A DNA stretch of 64,000 nt from an uncultured Candidatus Saccharibacteria bacterium (GCA_963545865.1 CAUUJX010000005.1:12529-76528); one strand, 5' to 3'. Positions 43,896 through 53,728 are shown, counted from the first letter of the stretch. The notes: generated from the letters alone by a model not told the origin. Made by a program: numbers and translations.

Positions 43896-44588
43896 TTAAC
43901 TAAAGCGCTGTAGCTTAGCAAGAAACTTATCTGGATAGTTGGTAACGATACCGTCGATGCCGCGCTCGGCAAGCTGCTGCAGGGCACCTGGGCGATTAAC
44001 TGTATAGACGTAGGTAAAGAGATTCGACCGGCGTGCAATCTCTATCGCCAATGGATGTGCATACAAGCGATGAAACCCTACTGCGGTGAAGTCGAGCTTT
44101 CGCTGGTAGGCCAAGAATGCAAAGGGATTATTGCGGTGAAGTAGAGCGAGATTGGCCTGAGGCGCAAGCTGCCGAAATTGCCGAAGCTCGCGTACGGAGA
44201 ATGACGAGAGTAGTACATTATCCCAATCATCTGGCGATGTGACGTAGCGAGTGAGGAGCTGATACGTTGGCTCGGCGCTACCGTGCCCTTTGAGCTCAAT
44301 ATTGAGTAACACAACGCCAAAAAAACGGTCTAGCACTGCGAGGAGCGATGGAATAGGCTGCTCACTGGTGAGGGTCTGCAACTCGGTGTACGTCAGATGG
44401 CTAATTGATTCATTTCGGTGGTGGGTACGGAGCAGGCGATTATCATGTGCAATCACAGGAATACCATCGCGCGTCAATCGCACATCTAGCTCAAGCATAT
44501 CTACGCCCGCCGCGACACCCGCTGCCATAGCGTCGATAGTGTTCTCTGGTGCGAGTCCAGCCGCACCGCGATGACCAATGATTAACAT
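43896..44588 (-). CDS. glycerophosphodiester phosphodiesterase
   Basis: IIGHRGAAGLAPENT and LELDV..T.DG..V..HD are GDPD signatures. 230 aa. Confidence 0.82.
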   Translation of the reverse strand: MLIIGHRGAAGLAPENTIDAMAAGVAAGVDMLELDVRLTRDGIPVIAHDNRLLRTHHRNESISHLTYTELQTLTSEQPIPSLLAVLDRFFGVVLLNIELKGHGSAEPTYQLLTRYVTSPDDWDNVLLSSFSVRELRQFRQLAPQANLALLHRNNPFAFLAYQRKLDFTAVGFHRLYAHPLAIEIARRSNLFTYVYTVNRPGALQQLAERGIDGIVTNYPDKFLAKLQRFS

Positions 44589-44735
44589 GCTAGCAGTATT
44601 ATACCATCAAATGGGTTGGTGGTGAGAATAATGTGTCTGCAGAGTGAGGTTGCACTGCCAGCACATCTTCTTTTGCTATTACCGAGCAGATTTTGCTAAA
44701 ATAAAACAGATAGCAACAGAAAGGAGCTAATATAA

Positions 44736-45266
44736 ATGGCAGATTTTAATAAAGTACTGACGCCCGGCGATGTTGACGCTGGCATCGTCAATGTAGTGGT
44801 GGAGATTCCGCAGGGGAGCTACCATAAAATTGAATGGGATCGCAACCTCGCAGTGATGAAGCTCGACCGGGTCGAGCCAGCAATCTTTGCCAAGCCAACC
44901 AACTATGGCTTCATTCCACAAACCCTAGATGAAGATGGCGATGAGCTCGATGCGCTCATCATCACCGACCAGCCACTGACAACTGGCGTCGTTCTAGAAG
45001 GCAAGGTGATTGGCGTGCTAGAGTTTGTAGACGATGACGAGGTGGATGATAAGGTGATCGTCGTACCAGCAGATGACCGCAACACAGGTGATGCAATCAA
45101 CTCGCTCGAAGATCTCCCTGCTGCAACACTCAAGCAAATCGAACACCATTTTAATCACTACAAAGACCTCAAGAAGCCTGGCACTACTGTCGTGAAGGGC
45201 TTCGGTGATGCCGCGCGTGCCAAGCAGATTATTCATGAATCTATTGCGCGTTGGAATGAACGCTAG
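44736..45266 (+). CDS. ppa: inorganic pyrophosphatase (family I)
   Basis: VVEIPQGS..K.E, YGFIPQTL..DGD.LD, VVP..D. 176 aa. SD AAAGGAG upstream. Confidence 0.9.
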   Translation: MADFNKVLTPGDVDAGIVNVVVEIPQGSYHKIEWDRNLAVMKLDRVEPAIFAKPTNYGFIPQTLDEDGDELDALIITDQPLTTGVVLEGKVIGVLEFVDDDEVDDKVIVVPADDRNTGDAINSLEDLPAATLKQIEHHFNHYKDLKKPGTTVVKGFGDAARAKQIIHESIARWNER

Positions 45267-45284
45267 ATAGCATGCTTAAGCAAA

Positions 45285-45313
45285 TACAAAATACCCCACT
45301 GGGGTATTTTGTA
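45285..45313. terminator. bidirectional intrinsic terminator between ppa and relA/spoT
   Basis: CAAAATACCCC/GGGGTATTTTG stem flanked by A and T runs. Confidence 0.75.
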
Positions 45314-45323
45314 TTTATGATAG

Positions 45324-46895
45324 TTATTTATTTTTTGACTTCTTCGAAGCAGCCTCAGGCTTACTAATTGGCATAATTTTATCCGTCAGGCTAATTGCAC
45401 CATTAACGGCTTGAACGCGGATTTTGTTGAGCTGGAGGCGGAGCTTATCGCGCGCGTGGCTGGTGGTAACAAGCTGCGCCCAGCCCGGCTTGGGGTAGGA
45501 GAGTTTGCGGGTAAGGACTTCGATGACATCACCATTCTCAAGTGGCCGCTCGAATGACTCCATTTTGCCATTGATCCGAAAGCCGTAGGCGTGCTTGGCA
45601 ATGTCAGAGTGGATGGCATAGGCAAAATCGAGTGGTAAAGCCCCCTCGGGGAGGTTGTAGATATCGCCTTTGGGAGAAAAAACGAAGATGCGGTGGCCAA
45701 AGAGGTCAATTGACAGTTGCTCGCGGGGAATATCCTCGCCAGCGCGTAGACGAGCAGCGATCTCTTGCAATTGCGTAATCCACTGCAGCTGAGCCGGCAG
45801 GTTCGACACGCCGCGTCTGGAGTCACCCTTGAGGTACTCCTTGCTGTCTTTTTGTTGTTGGTAGTGGAAGCTGGCGGCAAGGCCGCGCTCGGCGTATTCA
45901 TGCATATCGCGGGTGCGGATCTGGAACTCGACAATCTGCTTATTGGGCGTGATGACCGTCGTATGGAGGCTTTGGTAGCCGTTTGGCTTGGGGATGGAAA
46001 TATAATCTTTGATGCGAGCGATCATCGGTTGATAGAGCGAGTGGAGAATGCCCAGCACTAAGTAGCACTCTTCCTTAGTGCGGACAATGATGCGTAGCGC
46101 CATGAGATCGTAGATGTTATCAATACTACCGCGCTTTTGCAGCTTGCGATGCAGGCTGTAGAGGCTCTTGACTCGCCCATTAATCTCAAACTCAAGCTTC
46201 TCATCCTTGAGTGCCCGCTCGACCTCAAGGCGGACGACGCCAAGCTTGCGAGTGCTTTTGCCTAGGCGCTGCTTCATGACCTTCTCAAGCCGCTTGTATT
46301 CTTTGGGATCAAGGTAGCTAAAAGCAAGCTCCTCTAGCTCCATCCGTACGCGCCCCATACCTAGTTGGTCGGCCATGGGAGCGAAGACCTCGAGCGTTTC
46401 TCGGGCGATCTTTTGCTGTTTTTCGGGCGACTTGAATTGCAACGTCTGCATATTGTGTAGCCGGTCGGCCAGCTTGATGATGATGACGCGCACGTCCTGT
46501 CCCACAGCAATAAGCAGCTTAGTCAGATTGTCTTTTGTCTGAGGGAGATAGTGGTCGAGGTCACGCATACCAGCCCGGGCTTGACTCACCTTCGTCACGC
46601 CATCAACGAGGAAGGATACATCATGTCCAAAAAGCGACTCAATGTCGTCTAGTGACGTCTCGGTATCCTCAACGGTATCATGGAGAATACCTGCGATGAT
46701 GGTGTCGCTGTCCATCCCCCAGTCGATCAAGATAATTGCAACACTTAGCGGATGGGTAATGTAGGGTTCGCCGCTTTTGCGCTTTTGCCCATGGTGGGCT
46801 TGGGTGGCAAAGTCGATCGCATGGTCAATTTCATACAGCTGATCTTCGCTATAGAGGCCGCGGGCTTTTGTCAGGACGTCTTGTTTGGTCACCAT
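45324..46895 (-). CDS. RelA/SpoT-family bifunctional (p)ppGpp synthetase/hydrolase, short form
   Basis: HD domain (HDTVEDT), synthetase domain (GYQSLHTTV) and TGS domain. It ends shortly after TGS with no ACT/RRM region. Start placed at the ATG at 46895, with TATACT 6 nt upstream. Confidence 0.85.
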   Translation of the reverse strand: MVTKQDVLTKARGLYSEDQLYEIDHAIDFATQAHHGQKRKSGEPYITHPLSVAIILIDWGMDSDTIIAGILHDTVEDTETSLDDIESLFGHDVSFLVDGVTKVSQARAGMRDLDHYLPQTKDNLTKLLIAVGQDVRVIIIKLADRLHNMQTLQFKSPEKQQKIARETLEVFAPMADQLGMGRVRMELEELAFSYLDPKEYKRLEKVMKQRLGKSTRKLGVVRLEVERALKDEKLEFEINGRVKSLYSLHRKLQKRGSIDNIYDLMALRIIVRTKEECYLVLGILHSLYQPMIARIKDYISIPKPNGYQSLHTTVITPNKQIVEFQIRTRDMHEYAERGLAASFHYQQQKDSKEYLKGDSRRGVSNLPAQLQWITQLQEIAARLRAGEDIPREQLSIDLFGHRIFVFSPKGDIYNLPEGALPLDFAYAIHSDIAKHAYGFRINGKMESFERPLENGDVIEVLTRKLSYPKPGWAQLVTTSHARDKLRLQLNKIRVQAVNGAISLTDKIMPISKPEAASKKSKNK

Positions 46896-46901
46896 AAACC
46901 T

Positions 46902-46907
46902 AGTATA
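46902..46907 (-). promoter_or_regulatory. -10 box TATACT (minus strand), 6 nt upstream of the relA/spoT start
   Basis: The plus strand reads AGTATA at 46902-46907. No SD. Confidence 0.5.
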
Positions 46908-46999
46908 TACTGCCAAGAAGAAAAGTGCTATTGCCCTTGACCATTCCACCTGCTATAGTGATGTTTAAATATGCTTATGCTAATGGAGGGAGAAATATA

Positions 47000-47413
47000 A
47001 TGAGGCAAAGCAGGGCAGTATGGTGGATGCAGCGGAGCCAGAAGGGCTTTACGCTCATGGAGCTGATGATTGTCATTGCGATCCTGGGCTTACTCGTGAC
47101 GCTGTCTATGACGGCGTATTCGGGCTATCGGCGGCGCTCGGTCGATGTGGCAACGCGTGCGGCAGCTACCAGTGCACTTGAGGCGATCAAGACGCACCAC
47201 GCCAATGCTAGCGCCAGCGGTGCAAGCTATAGCACCAACCTCGAGCAAGTCGGCTACCGTCCACCAAGCGATACAGCTGTACAGGTCACGCTGAGCGCCG
47301 ATGCTACCAAATTCTGTGTTCAAGCCACCGACCGCCATCTCACCGACATTCGCTACTACGCCACTACTGGCATGGCGCGACCACAGGCAGGGAGCTGCCC
47401 AGCAAATATTTGA
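47000..47413 (+). CDS. type IV pilin (prepilin-type N-terminal cleavage/methylation domain)
   Basis: QKG|FTLMELMIVIAILGLL is the canonical G/FTLxE prepilin site. The ATG at 47000 is preceded by GGAGGGAG. Confidence 0.78.
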   Translation: MRQSRAVWWMQRSQKGFTLMELMIVIAILGLLVTLSMTAYSGYRRRSVDVATRAAATSALEAIKTHHANASASGASYSTNLEQVGYRPPSDTAVQVTLSADATKFCVQATDRHLTDIRYYATTGMARPQAGSCPANI

Positions 47414-47433
47414 AAATATGATATAATGTAGTT

Positions 47434-47724
47434 ATGCGCTTAACCCAATTGATACGAGACTATGCTAATAAAAACCCTTACCTAACAAGAGCTGACCGAG
47501 CAGAAGTGACGCTATATAATGATGCAGGTGAATGGGCTGTGGCTGTCGAATATATTTGTGCAAGATTGACCGATTATTTAGCAGAAAAACGCAGTGCACT
47601 ATCTCAGCAAGAATTGGATGAGTTAGAGTCGTTAGTTGATGCAACGAAAAGTTTGGAAAAGTTTGATGACGCTTTCTTAAATGATGTTAAGGAAGTGTCA
47701 AATACCTACTCTTCGCGCATGTGA
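47434..47724 (+). CDS. small helical protein, MafI-like immunity-protein pattern (tentative)
   Basis: 96 aa, AT-rich. GEWAVAVEYICARLTDY...LSQQELDELESL resembles the E/W-x-LA-x-E-x-LC-x-QL-x-EY pattern of MafI-type immunity proteins. This is from memory only. TGATATAAT box 6 nt upstream. Confidence 0.4.
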   Translation: MRLTQLIRDYANKNPYLTRADRAEVTLYNDAGEWAVAVEYICARLTDYLAEKRSALSQQELDELESLVDATKSLEKFDDAFLNDVKEVSNTYSSRM

Positions 47725-47804
47725 GCCTAACACTCCCTCCTTAGCTCTCGCAAACATGAAAGAACTCCGTCGCCGTCTTTACAACATACGTCAGACGCCG
47801 TATA

Positions 47805-48458
47805 ATGTCTGGCATGGCTGTCATAGCACCAATTATCTTGAGTACAAAAACTGATGAATACAAGGCTGCGGTGGAGCATTTTATGCCGTTTGCCAAGCGG
47901 GTTCATATTGATATTTCTGATGGCGTGTTTGCGCCCCGCCAGACGGTGGGGATCGGCCAACTGTGGTGGCCTCAATCGTGGACGGTCGATATCCACGCTA
48001 TGGTGGCGCGCCCCAGCGTGTACGTTGAGAAGCTGATTAAGCTGCGGCCCAGTACTATTATTTTTCATGCCGAAGTCAAAGAGGATTTAATTCCTGTCCT
48101 GCAGCAGGTCAAGCAAGCTGGTATTCATGCTGGGGTGGCCCTGCAGCGTACCACAGTGCCGGAGACGGTGGCGTCGTATATCGAAACGGCCGACTATGTA
48201 TCGATCGTTAGTGGTAAGCTGGGTGAGTTTGGTGGCAAAGCGCGGATGATGCAAATTGAGAAGATTCGGCTGGTGCGAGCTATCCACCCTCGGGTCGAGA
48301 TTGGCTGGGATGGCGGCGTGACGGTAGATAATGTTTTCCATATTGCCCAGGGTGGGGCTGACGTGATTAGTGTTGGTGGGGCGATCAACCATGCCAAAGA
48401 TCCACAAGCAACGTACAACAAACTCCTTGCCGAGATGAATCGCCAGAGTGTGATTTAG
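47805..48458 (+). CDS. ribulose-phosphate 3-epimerase family protein (divergent)
   Basis: 217 aa TIM-barrel pattern HIDISDGVFAP...IFHAE...GWDGGV...GADVISVGGAI. Confidence 0.6.
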   Translation: MSGMAVIAPIILSTKTDEYKAAVEHFMPFAKRVHIDISDGVFAPRQTVGIGQLWWPQSWTVDIHAMVARPSVYVEKLIKLRPSTIIFHAEVKEDLIPVLQQVKQAGIHAGVALQRTTVPETVASYIETADYVSIVSGKLGEFGGKARMMQIEKIRLVRAIHPRVEIGWDGGVTVDNVFHIAQGGADVISVGGAINHAKDPQATYNKLLAEMNRQSVI

Positions 48459-48485
48459 TTAGTCTGCTATGCTACACTAAAGAGT

Positions 48486-50459
48486 GTGACGCACATACCA
48501 TTTCAGCTTCGTTCTTCCTATCAACCGACCGGTGATCAGCCACAGGCGATCGCCCAGCTACTTGGTGGCCTGGAGGCGAGCCAGCGCGAGCAGACACTGC
48601 TTGGTGCAACGGGTAGCGGTAAAACCTTTACGATGGCAAATATTATCGCTCAGCGTGGTGTGCCGACGCTTGTTTTGGCGCACAACAAGACGCTTGCGGC
48701 GCAGCTCTTTAGTGAGTTCAAACAGTTCTTTCCAGACAATGAAGTACACTACTTCGTCAGTTATTTTGATTATTATCAGCCAGAAGCATACATTGCCAGC
48801 AGTGATACATACATCGAGAAGGATTCGGCCATTAATGAGGAAATCGACCGCCTCCGCCATGCAGCGACTGATGCATTACTAACGCGCCGCGATGTGATTA
48901 TCATTGCTAGTGTGAGCTGTATCTATGGCCTGGGTTCGCCAGCTGATTATTATGAGCTATCCGTCACAGTGCGTCAGGGTGAGCGGCGAGTTCAGGATAA
49001 ATTTTTGCGCCAGCTGATGGATATCCAATACCATCGCAATGATATCGATTTTGCACGCGGTGCCTTTCGCGTCAAGGGCGATGTGGTCGATGTCTTTCCG
49101 GCAGGGCAAGAGACGGCCTATCGGGTGGAATTTTTTGGTGATGAGGTGGATCGAATTACGCATATCAACCCGCTCACTGGCGAGATCCTCGATGAGCCAG
49201 CGGAGTTTACTATCTTTCCGAGTAGTCACTATGCAACGCCTAAGGAGAAAATTAAGCAGGCGATTGACCGGATTCGACAGGAGTATGAGGATCGTGAGCA
49301 GTGGTTTGAGGCGCACGGAAAACTGCTTGAGGCGCAGCGCTTGAGTCAGCGCACCAAGTACGATCTGGAAATGCTCGAGCAGACTGGCTTCGTGAAGGGG
49401 ATCGAGAACTATAGTCGCTACCTCACCAACCGCGAAGCGGGTGAGCAGCCAGCTACCTTGCTCGATTACTTTCCTGACGATTTCTTGATGCTGATCGACG
49501 AGAGTCATGTAACCGTCCCCCAGGTGCGCGCGATGTATAATGGTGACCGCGCTCGCAAAGAAGTGCTAGTGGAGCATGGCTTTCGCCTGCCAAGCGCACT
49601 AGACAATCGCCCACTGCGCTTTGATGAATTTGATAAGCACATCAACCAAGTGATTTACGTCTCTGCTACCCCTGGCGATTATGAGTTAGAGCGCAGTCCC
49701 GCACCCGCTCAGCAGGTGATTCGTCCTACTGGTTTGCTCGACCCAGAAATTATAGTTCGTCCAACTGAAGGGCAGGTAGACGACCTCATTGCAGAAATTC
49801 GCGAGCGCACCAGCCAGCAGCAGCGCGTGCTCGTGACAACGCTCACCAAGCGGATGGCTGAGGATCTCTCTACCTATCTGACGGACCTCGGCATCAAGAC
49901 AGCCTATATTCACAATGAGATCGACACGCTCGAGCGCGGCGACATTCTACGCGACCTGCGCATGGGCCTGTATGATGTCCTGGTGGGGATCAATCTCTTG
50001 CGTGAGGGGATCGATTTGCCAGAGGTCAGCTTGGTGGCGATTATGGATGCCGACAAAGAAGGCTTCCTCCGTAGCGAGCGCAGCCTTATCCAGACAATTG
50101 GCCGAGCAGCTCGCCACGTTGAGGGTAGGGTCATTATGTATGGCGATAGTATCACCGATAGTATGCGCCGAGCGATTGACGAAACCAAACGCCGACGCGA
50201 AATTCAGCAGGCATACAATCGCGAACATGGCATTACACCGCGTGGCATTAATAAAGCGATCGACGAAGGTCTGCGCTCCATCATCCCGCAAAAAGAAGAT
50301 GACGCGCCCAAACTTGACCTGCGTAAAATCCCCAAGGACGAATACAAGAGCCTCATCAAAGACCTGACTGGCCAAATGAATCTCGCTAGTGCCAATCTCG
50401 AGTTTGAGCGAGCAGCCGAATTGCGAGATCTGATCGCCGAAGTGAAGAGTAAGTTGTAG
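48486..50459 (+). CDS. uvrB: excinuclease ABC subunit B
   Basis: 657 aa. [13 protein letters not shown] Walker A, DESH box, helicase C domain and C-terminal UVR motif (FERAAELRD). GTG start. Confidence 0.93.
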   Translation: MTHIPFQLRSSYQPTGDQPQAIAQLLGGLEASQREQTLLGATGSGKTFTMANIIAQRGVPTLVLAHNKTLAAQLFSEFKQFFPDNEVHYFVSYFDYYQPEAYIASSDTYIEKDSAINEEIDRLRHAATDALLTRRDVIIIASVSCIYGLGSPADYYELSVTVRQGERRVQDKFLRQLMDIQYHRNDIDFARGAFRVKGDVVDVFPAGQETAYRVEFFGDEVDRITHINPLTGEILDEPAEFTIFPSSHYATPKEKIKQAIDRIRQEYEDREQWFEAHGKLLEAQRLSQRTKYDLEMLEQTGFVKGIENYSRYLTNREAGEQPATLLDYFPDDFLMLIDESHVTVPQVRAMYNGDRARKEVLVEHGFRLPSALDNRPLRFDEFDKHINQVIYVSATPGDYELERSPAPAQQVIRPTGLLDPEIIVRPTEGQVDDLIAEIRERTSQQQRVLVTTLTKRMAEDLSTYLTDLGIKTAYIHNEIDTLERGDILRDLRMGLYDVLVGINLLREGIDLPEVSLVAIMDADKEGFLRSERSLIQTIGRAARHVEGRVIMYGDSITDSMRRAIDETKRRREIQQAYNREHGITPRGINKAIDEGLRSIIPQKEDDAPKLDLRKIPKDEYKSLIKDLTGQMNLASANLEFERAAELRDLIAEVKSKL

Positions 50460-50518
50460 AACAGTAGCTGAGTAAACCCATGATTGGCACACGCACAGAG
50501 TGTATAATATGATGTAGT

Positions 50519-51286
50519 ATGCCTATACGTGATACTCACGCCCTGCCAGAGTATGTGATATATTTCTTGGCGACGATCGATCGTCGACCGAAGTTTATCC
50601 GGTGGTCAATCCTTATTGGACTTGCTATCTGCAACGTTATACTGCTCTGCCTGCCAGTGATATTCTTTATCGTTTGTTATTGCATCGTGTTTTGGAGGAC
50701 GCGCGGTTATTACAAAACAGTCGAGTTTCAAAGTGTCAAGCAGAGGCTTGCCAAGCAAATACAAGAATATAACGACTTCGACGCCTTTTTACCCGAAACC
50801 AAGCGTTTTATTCGTCAGCAGCAGTCGAGGCTTTCGCATGCGCATGTGAAAAATAGCACACTTACGGTATATAAAAATGCGCAGCTTGACCCATACCGCT
50901 ATATCGTCAAATATTTTTTTGCGCAGCGCACAATAAACGAGGAGACAGTGCAAATACTCGAGCAAATCCTCCAGAAATACGACACAATTAAAAAGACTGA
51001 GGAAATACTGCGGAGCGAATACAACGAGATTATGGACTTCATTGATGCCAAAATGTACGTTGGAGCCTATATTTTCAAGAAAATGACGATGAAGCGGCTT
51101 GGGTCGAATACATTACCTAAGTTTGAAAAGAATTATTTCCTCGTATATTCATTTAAGTACAGTTCGCCCGCCAAGCGCAATAACTACTCGTTCGATATCA
51201 CTCTTACAGAGAAAAAGCTCCAAAAATTGGCAGAATATCTCAGTCAGCAGATAGCATATCGCAAATCTGCGCGGTTTCAGCGTTAG
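50519..51286 (+). CDS. hypothetical protein with two N-terminal TM helices and a helical cytoplasmic region; ends at an in-frame TAG directly before the HNH ORF
   Basis: 255 aa, AT-rich. Same reading frame as 51290-51499, separated only by TAG+CTC. TGTATAAT box 10 nt upstream. Confidence 0.55.
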   Translation: MPIRDTHALPEYVIYFLATIDRRPKFIRWSILIGLAICNVILLCLPVIFFIVCYCIVFWRTRGYYKTVEFQSVKQRLAKQIQEYNDFDAFLPETKRFIRQQQSRLSHAHVKNSTLTVYKNAQLDPYRYIVKYFFAQRTINEETVQILEQILQKYDTIKKTEEILRSEYNEIMDFIDAKMYVGAYIFKKMTMKRLGSNTLPKFEKNYFLVYSFKYSSPAKRNNYSFDITLTEKKLQKLAEYLSQQIAYRKSARFQR

Positions 51287-51289
51287 CTC

Positions 51290-51499
51290 ATGACGCCAAA
51301 GCTCAGACGGTTTATCTTGCGCAGAGACAACTACGAATGCCAGAAGTGCCATGTCTCGCGCCGGGATGAGAAACACCTCTTGCTCGAAGTTGACCATATT
51401 GTGCCGGTGTCGAAGGGTGGTATTACGGCCGAGCACAATTTGCAAGCGCTCTGCTGGCGCTGCAATCGGGCTAAGAGTGATAAGTTGGAAGTAGCTTAA
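51290..51499 (+). CDS. HNH endonuclease domain (stand-alone ORF or C-terminal part of 50519-51286)
   Basis: CQKC...DHIVPVSKGG...N...CWRCN is a complete HNH/zinc-finger motif. It has no SD or promoter of its own. Confidence 0.7.
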   Translation: MTPKLRRFILRRDNYECQKCHVSRRDEKHLLLEVDHIVPVSKGGITAEHNLQALCWRCNRAKSDKLEVA

Positions 51500-51604
51500 T
51501 ATTAGCATTGTACCCTGTGCACCCATACTTCTTACTGACGCATGACTCGTTGCTCACTGATATATAGCGATTCCACGCACCGAATGTGGTACAATATATC
51601 CATA

Positions 51605-51898
51605 ATGAGTAGTATTACCACTGAAGATGTGCAGCACCTTGCACAATTAAGTTCGATTAGTTTTGGTGATTCAGCCGACGTCGCCGCGCTGCGCCAAAAC
51701 CTCGAGGATATCCTGCACTACATCGAGCAGTTATCCACCCTCGACACGACTGGTGTCGAGCCAACCTACCAAGTAACTGGCCTGACTAATGTGTGGCGGC
51801 CCGACGTAGTAGATGCCAGCGACGTATCGCGCGAGCAGCTATTGGGGCTAGCCGCCGAGCAGGCAGATAAGTGTGTAAAAGTACCGAAGGTGTTGTGA
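51605..51898 (+). CDS. gatC: Asp/Glu-tRNA amidotransferase subunit C
   Basis: 97 aa. Pattern HLA.LS.I.F......L...L..IL.YIEQL..LDT.GVEPT. TGGTACAAT box 9 nt upstream. 1-nt gap to gatA. Confidence 0.78.
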   Translation: MSSITTEDVQHLAQLSSISFGDSADVAALRQNLEDILHYIEQLSTLDTTGVEPTYQVTGLTNVWRPDVVDASDVSREQLLGLAAEQADKCVKVPKVL

Positions 51899-51899
51899 T

Positions 51900-53309
51900 A
51901 TGAATATTACAGAGAGAGTTGCTCAGATCAAACAAGGCAAGACATCGGCTACTGCCCAGGTGCAAGCGGCTTTGCAGCGGGCGCGTGATGCTAAGGAGTA
52001 CCACGCCCTGCTGAGCCTGACAGAAGAGCGGGCATTGCAGCGAGCACAAGAAATTGATGAGGCGTTGGCTCGGGGTGAGGACGTTGGAGTGCTAGCTGGC
52101 GTGCCGTTCGTCGTTAAGGATAATTATCTTGCGTATGGTGCACCAAGTACGGCAGCCAGCAAGATGCTTGAGAACTTTGATACGCCTCTTCAGGCAACAG
52201 TGGTAGATAAGCTTGAAGCAGCTGGGGCGATCTGCATTGGCAAGAGCAACCTCGATGCCTTTGCACATGGTGGGAGCACAGAGAACTCATACTTTGGCGC
52301 CACGCGCAACGCTGTGGACAAAACGAAAGTCGCTGGTGGCAGCAGTGGTGGCTCGGCTGTGGCGACGGCGCTCGACATTGTGCCATTTGCCTTAGGAACA
52401 GATACGGGAGGCTCGATTCGCCAACCCGCCAGTTTTAATGGCGTATATGGTATCAAACCAACCTATGGCACAGCGAGTCGCTATGGTGTCGTGGCAATGG
52501 CCTCGAGCACTGATACGATGGGCTGCTTTGCGCGCAGTGCCGAGGATATTGCTGTGGTGATGAACGTCATGGCTGGCCAAGACCCGAAGGATATGACGAC
52601 GCTGCCCGACTTCTTCGCGCCTGCGACAGAGACGCCGCAACAGCTGAAAATCGGTATCATCAGCGAAGCAATGGGTGATGGCGTTGATGCTGAGGTGCGT
52701 CAGGCGGTCAGCCAGTATGCCGATACGCTGCGATCGCGCGGGCATACGGTCGAGACGGTCAGTATGCCGATGCTTCAGCATGCCCTTGCTATCTACTACA
52801 TTGTTGTGCCGGCCGAGATTTCAAGTAACTTGGCACGCTACGATGGCGTGCGCTATGGTTACCGGGCTGAGGGGGTCAAGACACTGGCCGAGCTCTATGG
52901 CCGGAGCCGCGACGAAGGCTTTATGCCAGAGAACAAACGGCGCATTATGATTGGGAGCTACGTGCTGAGTAGTGGGTACTTCGATGCGTACTATCTCCAG
53001 GCGCAAAAGGCGCGGACATTGCTCATCAACGAATTTAACGCCCTGTTTGAGCAATACGACATGCTTCTTTTGCCGACAGCACCAACTCCTGCCTTTGGTC
53101 TTGGTGAAAACAGCGACGACCCGCTTAAGATGTATCTTGCGGATATCATGACAGTGCCAGCCAGTCTGGCAGGCTTACCTGCATTGAATGTGCCAGCTGG
53201 AGTGAGCCAGGCGGGCTTGCCAATCGGTGCGCAGTTGATTGGCCCCATGCAGAGTGATGCATCGCTGCTTGCTGTGGCAACCCAAGCAGCTACAGAAAGG
53301 AGCGCCTAA
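51900..53309 (+). CDS. gatA: Asp/Glu-tRNA amidotransferase subunit A
   Basis: 469 aa with amidase signature GGSSGGSAVATA...GTDTGGSIRQPA. Confidence 0.92.
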   Translation: MNITERVAQIKQGKTSATAQVQAALQRARDAKEYHALLSLTEERALQRAQEIDEALARGEDVGVLAGVPFVVKDNYLAYGAPSTAASKMLENFDTPLQATVVDKLEAAGAICIGKSNLDAFAHGGSTENSYFGATRNAVDKTKVAGGSSGGSAVATALDIVPFALGTDTGGSIRQPASFNGVYGIKPTYGTASRYGVVAMASSTDTMGCFARSAEDIAVVMNVMAGQDPKDMTTLPDFFAPATETPQQLKIGIISEAMGDGVDAEVRQAVSQYADTLRSRGHTVETVSMPMLQHALAIYYIVVPAEISSNLARYDGVRYGYRAEGVKTLAELYGRSRDEGFMPENKRRIMIGSYVLSSGYFDAYYLQAQKARTLLINEFNALFEQYDMLLLPTAPTPAFGLGENSDDPLKMYLADIMTVPASLAGLPALNVPAGVSQAGLPIGAQLIGPMQSDASLLAVATQAATERSA

Positions 53310-53728
53310 TGTCTGGCAGTGTCACGATCCTTTTGGTGGGTATTATTATCATTGCTGCGATCTTGGTTGTCGTTGTTGCCCTGACGCGCCAGGGTGGCAA
53401 GGTGCTCAATGTCGAGAAATACCAAGCACGCTGGCTTGCCATTGAGAATAGCCTCGATAAATCCAATATTGGCACGTATCAGCTAGCTATCTTCGAGGCA
53501 GATAAGTTGCTCGATCTTGCTCTCCGTGAACGTGGCTTTGCTGGCGACACGATGGGCGAGCGCATGAAGTCGGCCCGCGAACAATGGAGCAATAGCAACC
53601 ACGTATGGGGTGCTCACAAGGTGCGCAACAAGCTGGCTCACGAGGCTAATGTGCGGCTCTCGCGCGAGATTGCCTTGCGGGCATTAGCCGCGTATAAACA
53701 GGGGTTAAAGGATTTGGGAGCGATATAA
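53309..53728 (+). CDS. membrane-anchored helical protein with R-x4-H (HEPN/DUF4145-like) motif, embedded in gatCAB
   Basis: 139 aa: N-terminal TM helix, then a helical domain ending AHKVRNKLAHE (R-N-K-L-A-H). The start overlaps the gatA stop (TAATG). 2-nt gap to gatB. Confidence 0.55.
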   Translation: MSGSVTILLVGIIIIAAILVVVVALTRQGGKVLNVEKYQARWLAIENSLDKSNIGTYQLAIFEADKLLDLALRERGFAGDTMGERMKSAREQWSNSNHVWGAHKVRNKLAHEANVRLSREIALRALAAYKQGLKDLGAI

